A DNA stretch of 64,000 nt from an uncultured Ruficoccus sp. (GTDB lineage Bacteria > Verrucomicrobiota > Verrucomicrobiia > Opitutales > Cerasicoccaceae), in contig OZ223521.1 in assembly GCA_965140785.1 (NCBI GenBank), positions 76,718-140,717 on the forward strand, given 5' to 3'. The notes below the pieces were generated by a model. That model saw only the letters and a program-made list of their open reading frames with translations. It did not search any database and was not told the DNA's origin. Below, piece by piece: positions 10,118 through 17,307 of this stretch. A program made the translations under genes and the position numbers. Numbering within the stretch: position 1 is the first letter of the stretch; each line of letters opens with the position of its first letter.

Positions 10118-10966
10118 ATGAACAACACTATCACTAAAATCTCGTTTCTAGCTTTCTTGGGAATGACCGCATCCATGAGCCATGCGGCTATTCTGTTTTC
10201 AGAAGACTTCAACGAATACACCGCCGGGGAGCCCATTCCGACGGGGACCGATCAGACTTGGACCATTCGCACCGAGAATACAACTTTTGAAGCAATTGAT
10301 GACACGAGCCATATTTTTTCCCCCTCCGGCAATCAATATGGCCAACTGGACTTTGATGCCGCCTCAGGCGCCGCAGATCCGTTGGCGTCCACCAACTCGT
10401 CGGCCTTCAGCGAAGGTAGCATGACCGGGAAGCTCAGCATTTCATTCTGCACCCCCGAGGCACAGAGTACCTCCGGCTATGGGTTCCTCCTGCGCATCGG
10501 CAACGCCGCCGGTAATTCTGGGACCGCCTTTGCGATGTACATTTTGAAAAACGGCCAATTGCGCCCGAGTACCACCGATGGAGGCATGGGGTATTCCTTT
10601 GCTACCTATTCGCTCGGTGTCGCCAATCAGCTCGAGATTGTCTTCAACAACTCAAATGACTCTGTCAGTTATGAAGGAGGTACTGTCGCCTCAAGGACCA
10701 TGGATGTTTATCTTAACGGATCACTGGTCGCGGACGACATAACGAGCGGAACTGGCGGTCTCGCCCTGGAATCCAATATCACGAACATCAACTTCAGCGC
10801 CAAAACCTATGCGGAGGCATTCACTGGCACTATGTATCTGAACAAAGTCGAGCTTAGCACGATTCCCGAATCCAGCGCCAGTTCCAATGCGATTGCCATC
10901 GCCTTGATCGCCGCACTGAGCCTGTTTATTCGTCACCGTTACCATTCCCGTCGGTCGTCGTTATAG
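10118..10966 (+). CDS. PEP-CTERM sorting-domain surface protein
   Basis: Signal peptide (..ASMSHA), Ser/Thr/Gly-rich body, C-terminal IPES + hydrophobic helix + basic tail RHRYHSRR. Confidence 0.85.
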   Translation: MNNTITKISFLAFLGMTASMSHAAILFSEDFNEYTAGEPIPTGTDQTWTIRTENTTFEAIDDTSHIFSPSGNQYGQLDFDAASGAADPLASTNSSAFSEGSMTGKLSISFCTPEAQSTSGYGFLLRIGNAAGNSGTAFAMYILKNGQLRPSTTDGGMGYSFATYSLGVANQLEIVFNNSNDSVSYEGGTVASRTMDVYLNGSLVADDITSGTGGLALESNITNINFSAKTYAEAFTGTMYLNKVELSTIPESSASSNAIAIALIAALSLFIRHRYHSRRSSL

Positions 10967-11138
10967 GCCACTTGTAGTATTGGAGATAGTAAGTTTCCAT
11001 ATCATCCGGGAATAGGCCTTTGAGGCTCGGCTTGGACCCCTTAAGTTAATCCAGTATTGATGGGTAATCTTCCTTGGATTGTTTGTGGGTTGCGTTGAGG
11101 CCCGGGCAGAGGGGGCCGTAGGACGACCGCAGCCGGGG

Positions 11139-11258
11139 CTTGGCCTTCCGGGCGCGTTGTCTGTCCGTGAACTTCAATCGCTTGTTGCTATGCAACTCTT
11201 TCAAAACGCGTACCTCTTCTTGGAGAGACTCGATTACCTGCTGCTGTTGGCGGTTCAT
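11139..11258 (-). mobile_element. Transposase N-terminal relic (integrase-core/DDE-type element common in PVC bacteria)
   Basis: MNRQQQQVIESLQEEVRVLKELHSNKRLKFTDRQRARKAK resembles the NRxQQxVIEYLxEENRVLxE..xRLRFTDxQRxRLAxKAK N-terminus of these transposases. It is truncated with no catalytic domain. Confidence 0.65.
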
Positions 11259-11397
11259 AGGTCAGCGCTTCGCAGCTTCCTCCCATCCGTCACCATGCAC
11301 AATAGAAGCTGAAACTGAGGCTAAGCCACGAAAATGCTGTCCGTCTGTAAGTCTCATTCAATGAACAACTATTCCTAAACAATTAACGGGTCACGAA

Positions 11398-12081
11398 TTA
11401 GCTATTCGCAGTCCACACGGGCATATTCAAATCAGTATACTTGGCATTCCCGATCGTATGATACATTAAGCGTTCGAGCTTCTCGATTCCCGGGTGGCAA
11501 GACCACTGCTCCAAATAGCGCTCATGCTCGGCATTATCATTAATACCCGGAATAATGGGGCAGCGCAATCGGATGTTCGCGCCCCTATCGAGTAAGAATT
11601 GGAGGTTTGTTTTAATCAGGCTACCGTCTACGCCGGTCCATTTTTTATGGGCTTCCGCCTGGCAAAGTTTGAGATCGAAATGGAATAAATCAACCAGGGG
11701 TAGCAGATCCATCAAGCGTTCAGTCGGGGTATGACCACAAGTATCCAGGCATGTGTGGATGCCTTCGGACTTTGCCCGGCCCAGAAGCGCCCGGCAGAAC
11801 GCATACTGGAGGGTGGGTTCACCGCCGGAAAGCGTCACTCCGCCCTGTGACGCCTCATAAAAATGACGATCGGCCAGGACGAGCTCCATGACCTCATCTA
11901 CGCTCATATAGCGCCCGTAGCACTTTCCTGAAACACCAACTTGCGGCTTTTTCTCTTGCGATTCGGGATTGTGGCACCAGGCACAGCGCAGGGGGCAGCC
12001 TTTGAGAAAAACCGTCGTGCGCAAGCCGGGACCGTCGTGCAACGAGGCTCGCTGAATATCAAAAACGATTCCCGATTCCAT
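11398..12081 (-). CDS. Glycyl-radical enzyme activating enzyme (radical SAM)
   Basis: HDGPGLRTTVFLKGCPLRCAWCHNPES (CxxxCxxC), SGGEP, DTCG and DLK motifs; no ferredoxin insertion; starts 3 bp after the GRE stop. Confidence 0.95.
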   Translation of the reverse strand: MESGIVFDIQRASLHDGPGLRTTVFLKGCPLRCAWCHNPESQEKKPQVGVSGKCYGRYMSVDEVMELVLADRHFYEASQGGVTLSGGEPTLQYAFCRALLGRAKSEGIHTCLDTCGHTPTERLMDLLPLVDLFHFDLKLCQAEAHKKWTGVDGSLIKTNLQFLLDRGANIRLRCPIIPGINDNAEHERYLEQWSCHPGIEKLERLMYHTIGNAKYTDLNMPVWTANS

Positions 12082-12084
12082 GGT

Positions 12085-14271
12085 CTAGTGCAGGGTTCTT
12101 TCGAGGATTTCGAGTTGCGCCTCCCGGGGAAGCTCGACGAAGCGTATGCTGAACCCCCCGACACGCACCATGAGGTGCCCCCAGCGCTCAGGTTCCCGCA
12201 TGGCGGCCTCCAAATCCTCACGTGATACGACGGTGATCATCGCCTGTGCTCCGCCCTGATCGAAGTAAGCCTGCAGGAGGGCGCTCATTTTGGGAAACAT
12301 CTCAACGCTAAACCACGCCCGGCTGAACTTCATATTCTGCACCGCCCCGGCATGAATCCCGGGATCTAGCTTCACCAGGGAGTTAAGAAAGGCGGTTACA
12401 CCATTCGTATCAGCCCCCGGTGACGGATTGTTGGCATTCGCCATTGGTTGCCCAAAGCGGCGTCCATCCACACTGGCTGACGTTAACTTGCCCAGCACCG
12501 TATTCGCCCAGTTATTGATGATAACCACCAGATAGCTATCCAGCCCGACAGCCTGCGATTGTTCAGCAGTCACCTGGCAGATGTGCTCGTGTACCCGACA
12601 CGCCATGGCATCGACCATGGCCTCGTCATTGCCGTACTTACTCACTTTTCGGCACGCGAGATGCACAGGCTCAAAGCCACTGAAATCGCTGTCGATAGCC
12701 TCAATCAAGTCGTGCAACGTGAATTGCTTTTGCCGGAACACCAGTTCGCGGATCACGTGCAGACTGTCCGCGGTATTCGTGTTTCCGTAGGTTTCCAACG
12801 TGCCGCCAAGATACCTGCTTCCACCTCCAAAAGCCCCCTTGTTCCTGTCCACACAGTCAGCGGTCAGCGCGCTGATGAAGGCAAATGGCGCCTCTTGAGA
12901 CGCGACGTCGTATTCGATTTTCTGCTGTCGTGCCAATGCCTCGACATAGTACCGAACCACCTTATCGTAAGCGCTCCATAAATCGTCAAAACTGCGCATG
13001 TGCTCGACCTTGGCAGCAGTCGGCACGACCACTTCCCCGGTAACAGCGTCCACGCCATCGTGCAGGGTAACTTCAAGCGCCTTCAGGAGATTAATCACCC
13101 CGTTCGGCGAGCCCACGCTGAAAGAGCCGAGCACATACTCTCCGCAGCCAAACGGAGTGTAATCAACAGCTACCTGCTCGCTGACGCCAAAAGCGCGGGC
13201 AACGGCCGGGATATTGACATCGTCATTGTACAGCATGGGAAAGGTGCACCCCTCCCCGATAGCCTGCATGGCTCGTTCCCAGAGTTCAGGATTCTGCCCA
13301 CGATAGCAGCGCAGGGATAGTTGCGGCTGGTTTTTGCGCACACGGCGCGTGGCCTCTATTGCCAGTAAAGCAAATCTGTCAGCTGAGGGCTCCTGCGGAC
13401 GTCCTTTGCCGCCGACAATGAGACGATTATCGTACTGGTTGTCGTAAGCATTCATCAGATGCCAAAGCGAGCACAGCAGTTCCAGCGCCTCTGCCTCATC
13501 CAGCAGCCCGGACTCCAGATCTGCGACCAGAAAAGGGCCCAGGGCGACATCTAGCCGACCATAGTTCCACGTGCCGGCATGCAAGGCGTACAGCCAGAAC
13601 AGTTGTATCGCTTCCCGAAAACACCGGGGCGCCTGATCGCCGATGCCTAAAAGCGTTTGCCTCATGCCCTCGTCCGAACAGTCGCGCACGTAGCGATCTA
13701 TCGTTGCCAACATAAGCGGCACGACATGTCTGAACGACGTAGCCTCAAGAGCGTCTGCCAGCCCACCCAGTCCCAACTGAAGCAGTCTGGAATAGTCGAG
13801 AGTCGTACCTGCCATGCGGTAAAGCGGAAAGGCCACGCCACTGTCCTGCTGCCAGGCATCCGACGGCAGGCGTTGAGCTACCCACTGGGGATATCCGGAC
13901 CGTGTTTTTTCGACGGTGGTTCGCCCCCGCCAGAAATTAATCAAATCCCGGCAGGCCCGCGCCTGTGACGGATAAGCATCCGCGCCCGCCTCCAGGGCAT
14001 CGAAACAGCAATAATACCCCACACTGACCGGCTCGGGGCTAAAACCAACCAAGGGATAGCGCACACGTCCGGCAAACATATCCCCTTTCTCCGGGGAGAG
14101 GAATTGCCCGGGGAACTGGACAGCCAGCACGGCGGCCTCGCGCTCCTGGCTGTCCGCATCCTCATACGCTTGATAGGCTCCCGTAAGCGCCTGCGACATT
14201 TCGACAGCCTGAGAGAAGCGCTCGGGCGTCGAGAGCCAATAGTCCTGACTTAACTCACTGAGCGTTTTCAT
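12085..14271 (-). CDS. Glycyl radical enzyme (PFL superfamily), function unknown
   Basis: C-terminal Gly loop LMVRVGGFS, single-Cys loop PFGCGEY, KYGND and DGR motifs. It lacks the PFL Cys-Cys pair. Confidence 0.93.
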   Translation of the reverse strand: MKTLSELSQDYWLSTPERFSQAVEMSQALTGAYQAYEDADSQEREAAVLAVQFPGQFLSPEKGDMFAGRVRYPLVGFSPEPVSVGYYCCFDALEAGADAYPSQARACRDLINFWRGRTTVEKTRSGYPQWVAQRLPSDAWQQDSGVAFPLYRMAGTTLDYSRLLQLGLGGLADALEATSFRHVVPLMLATIDRYVRDCSDEGMRQTLLGIGDQAPRCFREAIQLFWLYALHAGTWNYGRLDVALGPFLVADLESGLLDEAEALELLCSLWHLMNAYDNQYDNRLIVGGKGRPQEPSADRFALLAIEATRRVRKNQPQLSLRCYRGQNPELWERAMQAIGEGCTFPMLYNDDVNIPAVARAFGVSEQVAVDYTPFGCGEYVLGSFSVGSPNGVINLLKALEVTLHDGVDAVTGEVVVPTAAKVEHMRSFDDLWSAYDKVVRYYVEALARQQKIEYDVASQEAPFAFISALTADCVDRNKGAFGGGSRYLGGTLETYGNTNTADSLHVIRELVFRQKQFTLHDLIEAIDSDFSGFEPVHLACRKVSKYGNDEAMVDAMACRVHEHICQVTAEQSQAVGLDSYLVVIINNWANTVLGKLTSASVDGRRFGQPMANANNPSPGADTNGVTAFLNSLVKLDPGIHAGAVQNMKFSRAWFSVEMFPKMSALLQAYFDQGGAQAMITVVSREDLEAAMREPERWGHLMVRVGGFSIRFVELPREAQLEILERTLH

Positions 14272-14272
14272 A

Positions 14273-14383
14273 GATAAGCAAATTTGACTTCAAGGGGTCT
14301 TTAAATTGAACGTTGAAGGTCCAGGCGTCTGAGAGAGAAGTCGGCCCTGAACCCGATAATCAAAAAAATCCTGGCAGGTATGG
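14273..14383 (-). pseudogene. C-terminal relic of a sugar phosphate isomerase/epimerase
   Basis: Hand translation PYLPGFF*LSGSGPTSLSDAWTFNVQFKDPLKSNLLI resembles the PYxP...DAWxxNxxxxDxL tail of TIM-barrel isomerases; it ends right at the GRE start. Confidence 0.5.
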
Positions 14384-14422
14384 CTGCGAATCAAAGGTAC
14401 TTCGAATAACGTCAAGCATAGC

Positions 14423-14989
14423 TTAGGTGTTGGTTGTCTCGACGGTCTCGGTTATTTTTCTGTTAACGTAGTGAATGACAGGACACTCGGAAAATTCGAC
14501 TAGTGTATCTGAAACGTTTCCCACCGGAAATCTCGTGTAGTTTTTGATCGCTAGAGCGAGATTCAGGAATTCTCGAATGGTGTGCCCATGAGTTAAAGCG
14601 ACTATAGTCTGATCTTGTTCCAGGTTTTGAATTTTGTGTAAGAGCTTCATGCACCGACCACGGAATGAAGCTGTCGATTCGTCCAACGCCGGATCTTGTA
14701 CGCTATCAACATCAATATCCTGGTCTGAATCTAGGTTGAGGTGTCCTTCGGATAAAAGAGGTTCGATCTTAATCGGAATATCACAGCACGCTTTGAACGG
14801 CTGAAGTGTCTGTCTGGATCGCAAAAGAGGGCTACACCAGATTTCATCCAACGTGAGTCTAGATAAATACTGTTTTAGTGCGTGAGATTGGAGAATGCCT
14901 GAGGAGTTGAGTTGCTCGTCGGGAATGCACGATAGTTGTCCTGATTGATTCGCATTCGTTTCTGCGTGTCGAATGAGGTGAAGTTTCAT
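14423..14989 (-). CDS. Histidine phosphatase (phosphoglycerate mutase-like) family protein, low GC
   Basis: LIRHAET..N, SPLLRSRQT, L.E and THG motifs; one sampled 60-nt line is about 40% GC. Confidence 0.88.
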   Translation of the reverse strand: MKLHLIRHAETNANQSGQLSCIPDEQLNSSGILQSHALKQYLSRLTLDEIWCSPLLRSRQTLQPFKACCDIPIKIEPLLSEGHLNLDSDQDIDVDSVQDPALDESTASFRGRCMKLLHKIQNLEQDQTIVALTHGHTIREFLNLALAIKNYTRFPVGNVSDTLVEFSECPVIHYVNRKITETVETTNT

Positions 14990-15029
14990 TTCTTCTTTTA
15001 TCGAGCAGTGCTTAGGTCTCTGAGGCGAA

Positions 15030-15269
15030 CTAGACGTTTTTACGAAGTGTTTCTCTGTGATGCCGTGGAGACGCCCCCTCCGGGTTGATTGTTGCGATCA
15101 GTTTCAGCCCGAACGCCGCAACCATGCCGGAGAGACTTGCGGGTGAATTTTTCAGCGCCGGCTGGTAAATCTCGACCGTGTCAAAGCCGACGGCATACGT
15201 CCGCTCAAGAGATACCTCGAGCGAAGCATGCCACATTTCCCACTTGGACTTTGCGAAGAGGAGCTGCAT
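15030..15269 (-). pseudogene. Truncated N-terminus of a sugar phosphate isomerase/epimerase
   Basis: MQLLFAKSKWEMW...GFDTVEIY resembles the first strands of the TIM barrel. The ATG overlaps the PhyH stop (TGATG); the frame stops after 79 residues. Confidence 0.65.
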
Positions 15270-16087
15270 CAATGCGCGCGAAATCCGAGTTCTTTACGCC
15301 GTTTAATAATATGCGAGTAATCCACCGCCGGATCTGCCAAATCCTGGCCGAGTACATTTCGCCCGCGAGCCTGGTAGATCAGTTGCCTGTCCGCATACTC
15401 CGGGTTAAGCCGGACGGTGGCAGGAATAAACCGGAGGGTCCATCCGCAGCGGCGGATGTCGGAGGTATTGGCAGCGCTGCCGTGCTGCGTGCGCGCGTCA
15501 TGCAGGGAGCAATAATTCGGCTGGAGTTCACATGGCACAGCGAGCTCGTCCTTGCGCTGCGAGGGGATTATTTCGGTGGGAAAGACTGCCTTTGACGTGT
15601 CCACATCCTCGTAGTCGGAAAATCCCATTCGTCCGGTATTGTGCGAGCGGGGGATGACATACATACACCCGTTCACCTGAGTCGAAGGGTCGATCGCCAG
15701 CCACACGGTGGCTACCTCCATCGGCTCAAGGAGACGCCGCCAGTAGGCGCTGTCCTCGTGCCACGGGACACGTCGCCCGTCGCCCTTGGGCTTGCAGATA
15801 AAGTGGGTCGAAAAAAGCAGAATGTCCGGGCCCAGTAAAGGCTCAACCAGATCTACGACCTCTGGAGCCAACGCCCATTCGTTCAACTTGGGATCGCCGA
15901 AATGAGGCGTGTCCATCGCTTCGGGGCGCTCATCCGAGGGCCAGGCAGCAAGTTTTTTTTCGAAGTGATCGACCAGTGACGCAAACTTCTCGTCTGAGAA
16001 AACTTTGCACTGGGGAAGGGTATAACCTTCCTGTTTGAACTGCTGAACTTCTTCCGGGGTCAGTCGTGATCGATGCGTCGTTTCCAT
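15269..16087 (-). CDS. Phytanoyl-CoA dioxygenase (PhyH) family Fe(II)/2-oxoglutarate dioxygenase
   Basis: F..EGY, WHEDSAYW (HxD), WLAID, NGCMYVIP.SH and HGS..N.S..RR motifs. Confidence 0.93.
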   Translation of the reverse strand: METTHRSRLTPEEVQQFKQEGYTLPQCKVFSDEKFASLVDHFEKKLAAWPSDERPEAMDTPHFGDPKLNEWALAPEVVDLVEPLLGPDILLFSTHFICKPKGDGRRVPWHEDSAYWRRLLEPMEVATVWLAIDPSTQVNGCMYVIPRSHNTGRMGFSDYEDVDTSKAVFPTEIIPSQRKDELAVPCELQPNYCSLHDARTQHGSAANTSDIRRCGWTLRFIPATVRLNPEYADRQLIYQARGRNVLGQDLADPAVDYSHIIKRRKELGFRAH

Positions 16088-16160
16088 GCTTCATAGTGTA
16101 ACATAAATGGGGCTTGAAATCGTCATCCAAAAAAGCAAAATAATGCTCTATTGTGATCCC

Positions 16161-16985
16161 ATGAAAATACTCCGATGGAAAAATATCTGCGAAAATGATG
16201 AAAGTCTACATATCGCGACCATTGAAATGGGCAAAACTCGATCCACGGCCATGCACCGCCACGACTTCTATGAGTGCTTTCTGGTACTTGAAGGGCACGG
16301 GCAGCATGTCATGCCCTCCGGCACAGAAATGCTCCAGGCCAACCATCTGTACTTTATCCGTCCGGAGCATTGCCATGCCGTTACCGGACAGGCGGACCTC
16401 GTGTTTCTCAACATAGCGTTTGAAGCTTCCGTGTTTGAGAAGGCCGAAGCGCTGTCTGTTTTTTCAAGAGCCTGCTGGCCTCCCGGCCTACCAATAAAAA
16501 ATCTGAGATTGAGCCAGAACCAGTCCATGGCATTGCGCACCTGTATTGATGACATCGCTGGCCAGCCTGGCCGGCGTAATGCCGCCTGGCTCCTGCTCAG
16601 CTTGGCCCGTATTCTGGATGACCCCGTCTCACGTAAATATTCCAACAATGAAATCCCGGAGTGGATGGCGAATGGACTGAACCGCGCCATGGACGAGGAT
16701 GTCCTCAGGCAAGGGGTTGCCGGGCTTACCCTGGCAATGGGCCGGTCGCGTGAACATGTCACCCGCAGTTTTCAAAAATACCTGAAAATGACTCCCACCC
16801 AGTGGCTCAACATCGAGCGCATCAAACACGCCCGGCGGCTCCTGACGACGACACGGTTAAGTGTGATGGAAATTGCGCTCGAATGCGGATACGAGAGCCC
16901 GAGCCACTTCCACAAGTGCTTTAAGCAGCAAGCCGGGACGTCGCCCTTGAGGTATCGCTCCAAGCTCACCTGCGTGCAGGCATAG
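16161..16985 (+). CDS. AraC-family regulator (cupin + double HTH)
   Basis: MHRHDFYE cupin; EIALECGYESPSHFHKCFK..G.SP..YR. Divergent from the PhyH/GRE genes. Start placed at ATG 16161. Confidence 0.92.
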   Translation: MKILRWKNICENDESLHIATIEMGKTRSTAMHRHDFYECFLVLEGHGQHVMPSGTEMLQANHLYFIRPEHCHAVTGQADLVFLNIAFEASVFEKAEALSVFSRACWPPGLPIKNLRLSQNQSMALRTCIDDIAGQPGRRNAAWLLLSLARILDDPVSRKYSNNEIPEWMANGLNRAMDEDVLRQGVAGLTLAMGRSREHVTRSFQKYLKMTPTQWLNIERIKHARRLLTTTRLSVMEIALECGYESPSHFHKCFKQQAGTSPLRYRSKLTCVQA

Positions 16986-17024
16986 ATCAATTACGTATTA
17001 GATCGTCCGTACACATCCTAGCTC

Positions 17025-17147
17025 GTGAAACAGACCCTCCTGCTCCCCACCGCGCCGGACGATTCCTGGGCGTTTGCCCGACAGATCGGCGTCATTCACA
17101 CGGTGACGAAGACCGCTCCCATGTTGTCCGGTCTGCCCATGCCTTGA
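17025..17147 (+). pseudogene. Mannonate dehydratase (UxuA-like) N-terminal relic
   Basis: Hand translation MKQTLLLPTAPDDSWAFARQIGVIHTVTKTAPMLSGLPMP* resembles the UxuA-type W..ARQIGV start. TGA falls where the Trp of the PW motif is expected. Confidence 0.55.
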
Positions 17148-17307
17148 CACCCTCTACAACCTAACCCTAAATCGCATCATTAACCCGCTTAGACTAACTC
17201 TCAACGCGGGACAGTTTGCGTAGGCAGGTCACGGTGCGGTTCTGCTGACATCCATGCCACTTCTCCGACTTGACCCAAAAAACTGGCGAGTACTGGAAAG
17301 TCTCCAG

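Noticed and set aside
12085..14271. Calling the GRE pflB/pflD or cutC
   Set aside because: No Cys-Cys pair, the loops differ from characterised enzymes, and there are no microcompartment genes; no symbol is supportable.
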